From Octopus bimaculoides (lineage: Eukaryota), in contig NC_068991.1 of assembly GCF_001194135.2 (NCBI RefSeq), positions 47,043,662 through 47,099,723 of the forward strand: a DNA stretch of 56,062 bases, written 5' to 3'. Below, one piece after another: positions 1 through 12,916 of the stretch. Under the pieces are notes generated by a model that worked only from the letters and a program-made list of their open reading frames with translations, had not been told where the DNA came from and did no database searches. Numbering within the stretch: position 1 is the stretch's first letter; the number at the start of each line of letters is the position of its first letter. Made by a program: the position numbers and the translations under genes.

Positions 1-330
1 CGGAACAGCCTGCTCGTGAAATTAACGTGCAAGTGGCTGAGCACTCCACAGACACGTGTACCCTTAACGTAGTTCTCGGGGATATTCAGCGTGACACAGT
101 GTGACAAGGCTGACCCTTTGAATTACAGGCACAACAGAAACAGGAAGAAAGAGTGAGAGAAAGTTGTGGTGAAAGAATACAGCAGGGTTCGCCACCATCC
201 CCTGCCGGAGCCTCGTGGAGCTTTAGGTGTTTTCGCTCAATAAACACACACAACGCCCGGTCTGGGAATCGAAACCGCGATCCTATGACCGTGAGTCCGC
301 TCCCCTAACCATTGGGCCATTGCGCCTCCA
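1..330 (-). mobile_element. tRNA-derived SINE, family A (3' end cut by window edge)
   Basis: Minus strand reads GGAGGCGCAATGGCCCAATGG (A box) ... GTTTCGATTCCCAGACC (B box); near-identical to 12567-12916, 39311-40101 and 55677-56062. Confidence 0.9.
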
Positions 331-1217
331 CTATTCAGATTTGTATTTCGTCAACAACACGCAACAAATATGAAAAGATACTGGAATCAGCATAATTTGG
401 TTGACGCTAGATTTGTAGATTTGTAGATTTATAGAAAGCAGTGTTGCAAATATTGGAGCAACCTTTATATTTCCACGCTACCCTGTAGTGAATTGAAACG
501 TCCCATTGAATAAAAATTTGATTTGTGATTGAAGCGCATACTTGAAATATTCAACAATAAAAGAATCTTGAAAACCGCATTTTCACAAAATGTATTGAGA
601 CTGGGATATAGACAATTTTCCCAGACAGTCTAGATTTTAATAATTGTTTTCTTTTAGTGAAAGTCATCTTGTCAGATGATAATCTTACATAAAATGAATA
701 ATGAGATCTGTACGTCACTGAATTTAAGTGACAAAAGCTTTGCCACTCTCTCGGTCGCCATAGTAGGTTCCAATGATAAGCATTGCAACATGACTAGTAA
801 CTATTTTGACTGCAAGTTTTATGTCAGAGAATCTTTCCCCTAGAAGAGCTGACTTCATGACTTTGTCAAAAACAACGGGAGCCTCCTGTACTCCCGAGAA
901 AAATATTTAGCCCATAGATGGGACCCTGACAGGCTACCGTTCCAGGTCAGAACGGCTCTGGGAGTAATGGTAAGTAAGGGGTAACTCCACAACCCACAAC
1001 ACCCGAACTCCCGAACTGATGCCATATTCCTATATAAATACGTTGCTCTCAAGTAAATTTCGATGTTGAGTATTTCAGTTTTTCGATCAACGAAACTATT
1101 AACACGATAAACTATGATGCAAGTGGGTAAGTATTCCGCAAACACTTGTATCTTTAATTTAAAGTAGACCTCTGACACAATCAACTTAACTGCGTGTGAG
1201 AAAGCTGGCTTTTTGAC

Positions 1218-1418
1218 TTAGCTCTTTAGCATTTAAACCAACCAGATCCGGCCTCTCACACCTACCCAGCAAGGTCAATCTAAAAATAAACTGTCACATC
1301 ATCAAAATCTCGAAGCCATCAACATATCGAAGCTACGAGATAATGCACGATTAATTCAAAGCAATTTGAATAAATAACCATTGCATTTGACAGAGTAATC
1401 TTAATGCTAAATGGTTAG
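1218..1418 (+). mobile_element. TTAA-type (piggyBac-like) MITE, decayed
   Basis: Ends ttag-CTCTTTAGCA...TGCTAAATGG-ttag and internal sequence match the copies at 30354, 43175 and 52140. Confidence 0.65.
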
Positions 1419-1726
1419 AGTTACAATCCAATCGACAGGCTTCCTCACAGTTTTCTTCCACCCAGTTTCGACAAAGCTTGGGCTGACTGGAGGCCATTAT
1501 AGAAGACACTGCTTGCTCAAGATACTACGCAGTGGGATTGAATATGAGTCTTCATAACTGCGAAGCGAATTTCTGCCAACGCATGTACGTACATACACAT
1601 AAAGAAAAAGCTAGTGTGAGGGAAGGCGTATGGCAACATCGGTGGTTTGGCTGAGGATTAATGGTAAATAATGGACTGGGAGACAGAGAAATTGTTCATA
1701 AAGATTTTAATGGAGGGATATGGCGG

Positions 1727-1922
1727 CGGTGGTGGTGGTGGTGGTGGTGGTGTAGGGGGTTGAGGAAATAATGGATTGTAAATATTAAAAAAGGGAGTGA
1801 GATGAGCAAAGAATTTAAATGTAGGACTGGTGTTGATGGTGGGGAGTGGTGGTTCCCGTGCAGACTCTGGTGTTGATAATAATGGACGAATGCTTGTTGT
1901 AGCAGCAGTGTTAGTAGTGGTG

Positions 1923-1976
<54 letters not shown>

Positions 1977-2210
1977 CAAGAAGAAGAAGAGCAACAACAA
2001 TAATAATAATAATGGTTGTGGTGGTGGTGGTGGTGGTGGCGGTTGTGGTGGTGGTGGAGGTGACAGTATAGGCGGTGATGCATGGAATGTAGTAGTGAGG
2101 AAGATAATATAGTGGTGTTGCTACTGCTGTAGTTGTTGTTGTTGCCGCTGCTGCAGCTGCTGCTGCTGCTGTTGTTGTTGTTGTTAGTAGTAGTAGTAGT
2201 AGTAGTAGTT
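1727..2210. repeat. Compound trinucleotide microsatellite (GGT/GTA/GTT/GCT)
   Basis: Directly visible; explains the poly-T/H/P/L ORFs. Confidence 0.95.
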
Positions 2211-2594
2211 CATACTGATTGTTGTGATGACAATAATGATGGTTACGGTGACGGTGGCACCGGTGGCAGCGATGAAGATAATAACAGTGGTGGCAATGAC
2301 AAAGGTAACGGATGTGTGCCATAACNNNNNNNNNNNNNNNNNNNNNNNNNNNNNNNNNNNNNNNNNNNNNNNNNNNNNNNNNNNNNNNNNNNNNNNNNNN
2401 NNNNNNNNNNNNNNNNNNNNNNNNNNNNNNNNNNNNNNNNNNNNNNNNNNNNNNNNNNNNNNNNNNNNNNNNNNNNNNNNNNNNNNNNNNNNNNNNNNNN
2501 NNNNNNNNNNNNNNNNNTGATATCACAGCCTGGAGATATATCGTGGAGAGAAAAGGACACATAGCCAGGAATAAGCATTCTTAAAATATATACT

Positions 2595-2595
2595 T

Positions 2596-2627
<32 letters not shown>

Positions 2628-3079
2628 TTTCCTTTTCTTTCTCGTTCTCTTTCCTCTCTCCCTCCCTCCCTCTCCCCTCTCTCTCTTTCCCTGGACTCCA
2701 TACTTTTCTCCCTTTTCCTCTTCCCGCTCCATTCTTAGCACTTTTGATTTCCCTTTTCACCGTCCTTCCTTTATCCATCTCCATCCCCTCTCTCTCTCTC
2801 TCTCTCCTTTTCTCTTCACTCTCCTTTTCTCGTTCCAATTGTCATTACTTTCCCTTCTCTCTCTCACTCACTCTTTCTCTCTCCATCTCTCTCTCTCTCT
2901 CTCTCTTTCACTCACTTTCTCTCTCCTTGTCTTTCTTTCTCTCCCTCTCCTCCAACCCACTTCTATTTCCACGCTCACTTTGTTTCTTCGTTGTTTTTCT
3001 TCTACTTCATCTAATTCCCCACCACCTCCACCACCATTACCCCCACCACCACCACAACCATCATCATCATTATCATCAC

Positions 3080-3133
<54 letters not shown>

Positions 3134-3135
3134 TC
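2595..3135. repeat. (CA)n, (CT)n and (CAT)n simple repeats
   Basis: Directly visible. Confidence 0.95.
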
Positions 3136-3548
3136 TTATCAACATCAACGCCCTGTTTTCCTTTATATTTATTTTGCCATTTTCATTGAGTCTATTTGGC
3201 ACAGTGGTCCAAATTTCACCACACAAAACAATACTTACCCAGTTGCGCGCACACACACACTCACTCCACTCACCCAAGCACACCAAGTCTACCTCTCAAT
3301 GGCATCATTTATCATCACCGATCATCCGTTGCTTTCGACGATGAATATTCAGTTGTTCCATCAACTAAGCACCCAACTCAAGAAATCCACGGGTAGTATT
3401 CATTACTCGTCAGACATTGCTACCTTTAATGTAATTCTCAGACAACGAAACAAAAAGGCTTCCACAGTTTCCCCTACATCCACTTTCACTGATAAGGCTT
3501 CGGTCAACTCGAGGATGTGACCAAAAACACAAAGCACTTGGCCAAGAT

Positions 3549-4745
3549 CAGTGCCGTATTAAAACATGGGTACACTGGGCACATGCCCGGTGATCTCGTG
3601 GCTCTAGAGGCCTGATTCTGATCTATATATGCAGTGNNNNNNNNNNNNNNNNNNNNNNNNNNNNNNNNNNNNNNNNNNNNNNNNNNNNNNNNNNNNNNNN
3701 NNNNNNNNNNNNNNNNNNNNNNNNNNNNNNNNNNNNNNNNNNNNNNNNNNNNNNNNNNNNNNNNNNNNNNNNNNNNNNNNNNNNNNNNNNNNNNNNNNNN
3801 NNNNNNNNNNNNNNNNNNNNNNNNNNNNNNNNNNNNNNNNNNNNNNNNNNNNNNNNNNNNNNNNNNNNNNNNNNNNNNNNNNNNNNNNNNNNNNNNNNNN
3901 NNNNNNNNNNNNNNNNNNNNNNNNNNNNNNNNNNNNNNNNNNNNNNNNNNNNNNNNNNNNNNNNNNNNNNNNNNNNNNNNNNNNNNNNNNNNNNNNNNNN
4001 NNNNNNNNNNNNNNNNNNNNNNNNNNNNNNNNNNNNNNNNNNNNNNNNNNNNNNNNNNNNNNNNNNNNNNNNNNNNNNNNNNNNNNNNNNNNNNNNNNNN
4101 NNNNNNNNNNNNNNNNNNNNNNNNNNNNNNNNNNNNNNNNNNNNNNNNNNNNNNNNNNNNNNNNNNNNNNNNNNNNNNNNNNNNNNNNNNNNNNNNNNNN
4201 NNNNNNNNNNNNNNNNNNNNNNNNNNNNNNNNNNNNNNNNNNNNNNNNNNNNNNNNNNNNNNNNNNNNNNNNNNNNNNNNNNNNNNNNNNNNNNNNNNNN
4301 NNTACAGGACCCAGGGTACTGATTTGTCCGAGGGCCTCACAGATCTAGGGGCTTAATTTTGGTCCATGTATGCTGCAGATTGTGGAGGCGCGTGGCTTAG
4401 TGGTTAGGGTGTCAGCAACCATGATCGTAAGACTGTGGTTTCAATTCCTGGACCGGGCGACGCCGTTGTGTTCTTGAGCAAAACACTTCATTTCACGTTG
4501 CTCCAGTCCACTCAGCTGGTAAAAATGAGTAAAGCTGCGATGGACCGGCGTGCCGTCCAGCTGAGGAACACATACGCCATTAAAACCGGGAAACCGGGCC
4601 CATGAGCCTGGCTAAACTTTAAAAGGGCGCATTTATTATTATTATTATATGTTGCAGATTACTGTCAATAAATAAATAAATAAATAATATAGGGCCCATT
4701 ACACTAATTTACTCGGGTGTCTATAATGCTGCTCAGACAAGCTTG
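3549..4745. mobile_element. hAT-like MITE with 8-bp TSD; contains a gap and a nested SINE
   Basis: GCCAAGAT flanks both sides (3541-3548 and 4746-4753). Left end CAGTGCCGTATTAA with a degenerate right TIR. Related copy at 53894. Confidence 0.6.
4384..4648 (+). mobile_element. tRNA-derived SINE with CORE-like central block and (ATT)n tail
   Basis: Head TGGCTTAGTGG...GTTTCAATTCC, then GTTCTTGAGCAAAACACTTCATTTCACGTTGCTCCAG, then (ATT)n. Confidence 0.75.
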
Positions 4746-4877
4746 GCCAAGATGCAACCGCAGGAGGATCGAACCTGGAAGCGCCAAAATTGCGAAGCGA
4801 AAATTTTAAGTACTTAGTCATGCCTACATCCACACATCATTTGGAAACAATAAAAAATACTAGATTCTTACATATTA

Positions 4878-5091
4878 TCTCTCTCTTTACTTGTTTCAGT
4901 CATTTTTTATTGCGGCCATGCTGCAGCACCGCCTTTTAATCGGGCAAATCGACGCCAGGACTTATTCTTTGGAAGCCTAGTACTTTATTCTATCGATCTC
5001 TTTTGCCGAACCGCTAAGTTACGGGGACGTAAACACACCAGCATCGGTTGTCAAGCGATGTTGGGGAGGACAAACACAGACACACAAACAC

Positions 5092-5140
<49 letters not shown>

Positions 5141-5534
5141 CGACGGGCTTCTTTCAGTTTCCGTCTACTAAATCCACTCACAAGGCTTTTGTCGGCCCGA
5201 GGCTATAGTAGAAGACACTTGCCCAAGGTGCCACGCAGTAGGAATGAACCCGGAACCATGTGGTTGGTAAGAAAGCTACTTACCACACAGCCACTCCTGC
5301 GCCTATCNNNNNNNNNNNNNNNNNNNNNNNNNNNNNNNNNNNNNNNNNNNNNNNNNNNNNNNNNNNNNNNNNNNNNNNNNNNNNNNNNNAATCGACGCCA
5401 GGACTTATTCTTTGGAAGCCTAGTACTTTATTCTATCGATCTCTTTTGCCGAACCGCTAAGTTACGGGGACGTAAACACACCAGCATCGGTTGTCAAGCG
5501 ATGTTGGGGAGGACAAACACAGACACACAAACAC

Positions 5535-5583
<49 letters not shown>

Positions 5584-5749
5584 CGACGGGCTTCTTTCAG
5601 TTTCCGTCTACTAAATCCACTCACAAGGCTTTTGTCGGCCCGAGGCTATAGTAGAAGACACTTGCCCAAGGTGCCACGCAGTAGGAATGAACCCGGAACC
5701 ATGTGGTTGGTAAGAAAGCTACTTACCACACAGCCACTCCTGCGCCTAT
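4878..5749 (-). mobile_element. SINE family B (internal (TA)n/(TG)n), duplicated across an assembly gap
   Basis: Same element as 10107-10530; about 4945-5307 is repeated at 5390-5749 on the other side of the N run. Confidence 0.9.
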
Positions 5750-6781
5750 CTCTCTTTTCTTCTTTCTCTTTTTCTTTCTCACAGAACCCCATCTCCACCA
5801 ACGGACACACACCCGCATATTCACAAAAATGTATGACATGCACATACATTTTAACACTTTTGTGCAATTTCGTACGCAAACGTACATAGTGATCAAGAAC
5901 TCCATCATTCTCGACATTCCATATCATCTCCCCAACTCACTTCCTCTCCCACTATCTCTACTTCACCTCATGTCTATCTCACTCGCCCTCCCTCCCTCTG
6001 TCTATCTATCTATCTTTCTATAAATCTAGCTATCTCCAAACCACCTCCACACACACACACATACAAACACATAAACTCATAATTGCATACATTCAAACAG
6101 ATACAGTCCTTTAAATACTTTTAAGCAGGCGTCCATACATACACAATTTTACAGATTCACAATTAGACGAATACGTAAACAAATACACATACATGTACAC
6201 ACATAATCCATGTACACATGTATAAATATACTTTTATGCTGCAATATAGCCTCGCACAAACACACACACACGCACACACATACACCAGAATAAGTTCCCC
6301 ACGCAAAAATACACTTATACGTAGCTACAGACAGTCACACACACGCAGAGACAATTACATGCACGCACACCCACGCATTCGCTAAGGCATTGATACCAAA
6401 CATGCATATACATGTAAGACATAACTATCAACAAATATTCTCATAAATATTATGATATATAGATGCACTAACAGACACATGAAGGCGAGTACATAGGCAC
6501 TGCATATACATATATAATTAGAATAATGCAATTAGTGTATACAGATACACACATATATCTTGACATACACACGCACACATACATACTCATTTATATATAT
6601 AAATATATATGTTTGTGTGTGTGTGTGTGTGTATGTATATGTGTGTGTGTGTGTGTGTATATGTATGTATATATATGTGTGTGTGTGTGTATATATACAT
6701 GAATGTATGTATATATGTGTGTGTGTATATTTATATATGTATATATATGTGTGTATACATATATGTGTGTGTGTGTGTGTA

Positions 6782-6826
<45 letters not shown>

Positions 6827-7114
6827 NNNNNNNNNNNNNNNNNNNNNNNNNNNNNNNNNNNNNNNNNNNNNNNNNNNNNNNNNNNNNNNNNNNNNNNNNN
6901 NNNNNNNNNNNNNNNNTTTATTAGCGCTTTCCTTCATTTATCGAACTCGTCAAGACAAAATCAATCAAAATGATAAAAAAGAACGTTTCCTTGTTCATTT
7001 ATATGAATCGGATGTTTTTTTTTACTTTGTTTAGAAGAGGAGGAAAATATTTTTGTTTTTGTTTTTTGTTTTTGGGGGGTTTTTTTGGGGGGGGGGAGAA
7101 AGAAAAGCAAAATT

Positions 7115-8630
7115 GAGAGAATCAACCAACCCAAATTAAATTGTTTATTGTGGTCTTTTAGATACCAAATTAATTTACTAAGGTCTGTACTGTTACGTTT
7201 ATTCCTATCCCTAAATGTAGAGTAATGATTAGAAATTCTTTTAGATAACTGAGAAGACGAACTGCTTATATAAAAAATACATCGTTACCTGAAGTAATTT
7301 TACACTGGTATATAGAATTTCTAATTTTAGAGTTACTTGACATAAACTTGATTCTGTTGTAATTGACTTCAGATACAATAACTTTGTTATTAATATTTCT
7401 AGGGGGATGGATAGTATTAGCTAAATTAATGTTAGTATTAGTAAATGCATCCCTATTTAACAGGCTAATATTATGTGAGTAGAAAATTTGTAAGAGATTT
7501 TTTGTGTTGGAAAAACCAATCCTAACCGTGATGATAGAGTAATACCTAGAATTCTTTGGAAAATTCCTAATAATAGCTTCACGAAACTGCAAAGGAAGAT
7601 TAGATTTAATTTGCCTCCCATAAGGAATAATTAACCAAATAGTTTTACTATTAGTTACCTTATTTTAGTGTAACCATCTTTGAAAGAGATAGATTTACCT
7701 TTAGAATGAAAAAGTGGGTTTAAATAAGTTTTATCTCCCTTCCTCTGTTTAGTGTTGGCATATAAATTAAAAGTGATATCGTTTATATCCTTACAACTAG
7801 ATTTCATGTCTCCATTAGTAAAGGTAGAATAAGATTGAATGGAATTAATGTAGGTAACTTTCTCTGTATAACCTGCTATAAGTAAGGCAGAGTTATAAAA
7901 TTCGGCCTTATCATTGAAAATGTCAACATTAGCAGATAACTTAGACAATCTAAATGAAATATTCTTAACTAAGTTCCTAGTAATTGCCCGGTTTGTGGTA
8001 TAGGAAGTACGAACTATTGTGTAAGTTAAGTGTAATATCTAAAAAGTTGGCCTTCGTTACATCATCATCAAAAACGATGCTTAAGCGCATTCAACGGAAA
8101 AACTTAACTAAACTATTCTTAACTTTTCGTACTTTTTGGTCAGAAACATTTTGAAGGTAAAGTAAACAATCATCACAATATAGACCTCCATTTATGTTTG
8201 GGAACTGTTCTGCCATTTCAAAAAGTATATATATATACAGACCAAATCAGCTATTTGTGCTGAATCAGAACTTCCCATTGTAACATCAAAACCATCTGGT
8301 TTGTCTTTACGGACCCACAACTTATTGTCAAACTTTATGATAGATTTTCTTGCGGCCAACACAACATTAATCTCTTCCCTGGTGAGACCAGCTTTGTTAT
8401 GAGCAAGCCAAAGTGCCTTATTAAGTACGACTGGGTTGATAGATCAATAAAAACTAGAAATGTCAAACTGGATAAATTTAGTGCTCTTCTTATTAGTAAT
8501 AGAACTAAACCAGTCAACGACTTGGAATGAATTAGACCATAAACTAAGTTTTAATTTTTTAATTAATGTAGGAACATATTTATCTATAATATTTTTACTA
8601 AGTACACCGGAGTTTCTACCTTTAAAAACA
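7115..8630 (-). mobile_element. Penelope-like retroelement remnant (RT + GIY-YIG), copy 1
   Basis: Manual minus-strand translation, with stops and frameshifts: KFIQFDISSFY, FDVTMGSSDSAQIADLV, GLYCDD (YRDD after a CpG change, 8169-8180), NFLDITLNL, YLNPLF, and ISNHYSTF..STDLSKLIWYLKD. This is the motif order of PLE RT, linker and GIY-YIG. Confidence 0.9.
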
Positions 8631-8993
8631 AGGAGTTACACCCTTTTTACTCGTGTGTTACACCCTTTGCTACCCTAGTAACTATTTATCTATTTTTTCC
8701 GTGTTAATTGTTAACAAGGGGAAAAATAGCGTCCAATAACACTGTACTTATTCCACGTCCTCGCGTTGTTTTATCGTGTTTTTTCTTGCTTGTTCATGTT
8801 TAAATTGACTATATATATATATATANNNNNNNNNNNNNNNNNNNNNNNNNNNNNNNNNNNNNNNNNNNNNNNNNNNNNNNNNNNNNNNNNNTTACATATG
8901 TGCGTGTGAACTAAGAACATTTGTTCTGGAGTTCTCTGTCTAAATTTCATTGTTATTGCCTTCATTTTTAAATATGTATGTAAAGCACTCATA

Positions 8994-9061
<68 letters not shown>

Positions 9062-9424
9062 TCCCTCCCTCTCTACTGTTTAATGGTGTTGCCTAATGAA
9101 CTCAATACAACACTCAAATGCTGTCTGGCCTTAGCTTGCGCTTCTTCCTCCATCCTTCCGTTTAACATAAATCTTGTCAGTGTCACTGTTAATGTGGAAG
9201 TTATCAGCGGTTGCTAGTCTCTTGCTAATCCTGATGTCAAAGCTGCGAATTTCTTCAAGTGTCCAGTCTAGTATCTCAGATGTTGATACTCTCACTGGTA
9301 AAGAGTGAGATATTATTTTGTTGTGGTATATTATTTTATTGAATACAGCCAGCTTTGACTTACCATAATTTACAAACTCTTATAAGTATTCACTTATCAT
9401 TCTAGCTATACTCACAACACCAAC

Positions 9425-9600
9425 ATATTTAATATTGGCTTCAAATTTTGGCACAAGGCCATCAATCTTGGGTGATGGAGTAAGTTGATTACATCAATCC
9501 CAGTGATCAACTGGTACTTATTTTATCGACCCCGAAAGGATGAAAGGCAAAGTCGACCTCGGCGGAATTTGAACTCAGAACGTAAAGACCGGACGAAGTA
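9425..9600 (-). mobile_element. SINE family C fragment
   Basis: Contains GACCCCGAAAGGATGAAAGGCAAAGTCGACCTCGGCGGAATTTGAACTCAGAAC, shared with 24765, 37140-38240 and 50405. Confidence 0.85.
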
Positions 9601-10106
9601 CCAACATATTTAATATTCTCATCGATTCTGAGGTATCTGTAACATCCATCATTAGTAATATGGAGAGATAGATACATGCCATATGTATACATATTCCTTG
9701 TCTGGTTAGTAACGCTACCTCGTTTGACTACAAAATATGAATAATTATCTTGGCTAAAATCCATTCCTATATGCTGCAAAAATATTGTGGTCAGCTGTGA
9801 CTATCCCTCGACATCGTGGATATTACTCTCAGGCAATTGAAGGCCATCAACAAAAAAGCTGAGGTTGATATCCATTTTTCTCTCCTCCCCAGATCCCATC
9901 GTGTAGCTTTTGCATTTCCTTAATAGGACTGACAAGGGGTCCACTGTCAGAACGAAAAACATTACAGATTAGTTGTTAACCTAGAATATTGCGGTTGATA
10001 GTCCAATTCAGTCGGTGATTATAACGGTAGCTCTAGTTCTTATCAATAGCCCCGTGAACTATATTGTCAATCTCTCAATGTCACTAGCTATAATAATTGG
10101 AACCTT

Positions 10107-10272
10107 AGGCGCAGGAGTGGCTGTGTGGTAAGTAGCTTGCTTACCAACCACATAGTCCCGGGTTCAGTCCAACTGCGTGGCACCTTGGGCAAATGTCTTC
10201 TAATATAGCCTCGGGCCGACCAAAGCCTTGAGTGGATTTAGTAGACAGAAACTGAAAGAAGCCCGTCGTATT

Positions 10273-10325
<53 letters not shown>

Positions 10326-10530
10326 TTGTGTCTGTTTGTCCCCCCAGCATCGCTTGACAACCGATGCTGGTGTGTTTACGTCCCCGTAACTTAGCGGTTC
10401 GGCAAAAGCGACCGATAGAATAAGTACTAGGCTTACAAAGAATAAGCTCTGGGGTCGATTTGCTCGACTATAAAGGCGGTGCTCCAGCATGGCCGCAGTC
10501 AAATGACTGAAACAAGTAAAAGAGTAAAAC
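10107..10530 (+). mobile_element. SINE family B, full length
   Basis: tRNA-like head (TGGCTGTGTGG...GGTTCAGTCC), internal (TA)n, tail GAAACAAGTAAAAGAGTAAAA. Confidence 0.9.
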
Positions 10531-10789
10531 AGTGATTCTTTTATCCATGAGTTAGAGACAGAATCAAACGCTTTCTTATATTTTGGCAGTGCCGTTTCTT
10601 TAAGGACAGCTTTTGATGAATTTTTTGGAACGGCCCCAGACTTCTTTCTTTCTTCCTATCTACTCATCTGTCACAGCATTTTAAGTTTCGCTATGATCCT
10701 GGAGGAATGTATAGAAATCCTTTGTGTACAGATTGTAAATAAAATTCAAACATGCTATAGGTCTACTCACTCTGTCTATCTGTTTGTCT

Positions 10790-11010
10790 CTGTATGTATG
10801 TGTGTATGTATGTTATCAATCAGTTTCATTTCTGTATTTCTTGTCCATAGAGAAAGAGCCGGACTCTAACATAGATTCAAGGCTCCTTCATTGGGACTTT
10901 TATCAACATCATCTAGGTATTTGTGCATATGTGTGTGTGTGCAGTATTTGTATGTTTGTTTTATGTATGCGTTTTTATGTCTATGTATGTATGTATGTAT
11001 GTATGTATGA
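10790..11010 (-). mobile_element. 3' UTR fragment of R4/Dong-like LINE with (TACA)n tail
   Basis: Reverse complement matches the block at ~34300-34400 (CCAATGAAGGAGCCTTGAATCT..AGAAACCGGCTCTTTCTCTAT). Confidence 0.7.
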
Positions 11011-11509
11011 ATGAAAGATTTTTCTTCGAATTTAATTTAAATTCTTGAGATAGTTCAAGTCTGTTGCTAACAAAGCAACAACAGTTTTTGAGTTAAAAGA
11101 GTTCCCGGTGTTTGTAAATATATGGTTGAGCTTGCATGTTGGTTAAACAGTCGATGTATATACCCAAGTGTGTGCATCTATTCACAGAAGGATCTTACAC
11201 GGAAAATTTTTGGTTTGTCTCAAAAACCATCACTGTGCCACTAATAGATTGGATTTGGAGAATCCGCGGCATTCATGCATGTATAAATACAAATACACAA
11301 ACGTAAACGTTCATATACATAAATGAAACAGCATCACTTCCCACCAGACCACACGCAACAATCGTAGACATACGTCCACACAACCCGACCCCACCCCTTG
11401 TAACTCTCGAAATTCATTTAGCTGTCCACTCAGGAGTTGTTTAGTATTCATAACATCACTGGGCCGAATTGAAAGTAAAGCATGTACCTTGACTTATTTT
11501 CCGCGCGTC

Positions 11510-11544
<35 letters not shown>

Positions 11545-12566
11545 ATGAATAAAATAATGAATATATTGGCATCATATCTATTATTCGGTTACAATAGTTT
11601 CCATAACTGATGAGTTAGATAAATAATTTAAAATGCCATAATCAATATAAACAATGATTATGTAATTACATGCGATATTGAATTAAACCCAATTCTGTCA
11701 TTACATCATAACCTTGGAAACGATCCAGTACGCTTGCATAAGGGCGAATGCCCTTATAAATACAATAATTGGGAGTGACTCAAAATGTCGTAGGGAAAAA
11801 TTAATCATTTCCACAAGCCTATAGAAAGGCACAGAGTAAATTGTTCAAAAGGACAATTTTGTATCCTACTAGCTAAATCGATTGTGACGTCAGACATACC
11901 AACTTAGGCGAGACGATGTATGTATAATGTAGACGGCTGTCCGAGCAAAGAGGGCGGTATTTAAATTAGAGAAGTAGAAAAAAAGTAACGACATCCACAA
12001 AAGGGTCATTAGTTAAGTTGGATGGGTATTCAAAAGAAAAGGTCCATGAATAATAGAAAAATAGGATACAAATAATGATGTACAATTAAAGGAGCTGATT
12101 AATTTCGCAATAAATAGAACAGAACAAGTCAAATCAAAGTCAAAATATCATAACACAATAATATAATAATGATTATAAAATAGTATTTTAAAAAGGGATT
12201 AAATATTATTAATAAAAAATATTGCTACATTACACAGAACCAGTAAATAGCTAGATAGCTCGGAAAGAGATAATAAACGAATAATCGACGAATACAAGTT
12301 CTAGAGAGTAGTTAATAATACTTTATCTCCAGAGAGTAGTTAATAAAGGATAAAATTGTTATAGGAAAATAAGCGTAGCAAGAAGTCAGAGAAGAGTGAT
12401 AGTAGCAATGAGAATCGAAGTGCAACCAATAGAAATACGTATGCAGTGTTATGATGTCATACAATGCGATAAGCTAGGAAAAAAGGAATCCTCAGAAAGG
12501 CTTTAATCTGGTGTAGGCAGTAGATTAACAAATCATGTTTATTAATTAGTCCTTATTTACATTTTA

Positions 12567-12916
12567 AGTGGAGGCGCAATGGCCCAGTGGCCCAGCGGTT
12601 TCGATTCCCAGACCGGGCGTTGTGAGTGTTTATTGAGCGAAAATACCTAAAGCTCCACGAGGCTCCAGCAGAGGATGGTGACGAACCCTGCTGTACTCTT
12701 TCTCTCACTCTTACTTCCTGTTTCTGTTGTGCCTGTAATTCAAAGAGTCAGCCTTGTCACACTGTGTCACGCTGAATATCCCCGAGAACTACGTTAAGGG
12801 TACACGTGTCTGTGGAGTGCTCAGCTACTTGCACGTTAATTTCACGAGCAGGCTGTTCCGTTGATCGGATCACCTGGAACCCTCGACGTCGTAAGCGACG
12901 GAGTGTCAACAACAAC
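12567..12916 (+). mobile_element. SINE family A inserted in the PLE GIY-YIG C-terminus
   Basis: 12-bp TSD ATTTACATTTTA at 12555-12566 and 12917-12928; (CAA)n tail. Confidence 0.92.

Larger units (their letters stand above)
9075..10720 (-). mobile_element. R4/Dong-like (RLE-type) LINE RT remnant interrupted by SINEs
   Basis: Minus-strand fragments in RT order: YKKAFDSVSNSW (~10570), VDPLSVLL..INLSFFVDG (~9850), ILDWTLEEIRSFDIR..NFHINSDTDKIYVKRKDGGR (~9200). Confidence 0.8.

Noticed and set aside
1-330. tRNA genes suggested by A/B boxes
   Set aside because: These are SINE heads; no complete cloverleaf.
1658-3520. Long poly-His/Thr/Leu/Ser ORFs
   Set aside because: Translations of microsatellites and N runs.
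4945-5749. Apparent tandem SINE duplication (also 39311/39741 and 35462/35564)
   Set aside because: Identical sequence on both sides of an N run is an assembly artefact.
11590-11730. CTGATGA (11607) with downstream GAAACGATCC
   Set aside because: Stems do not form; too speculative.
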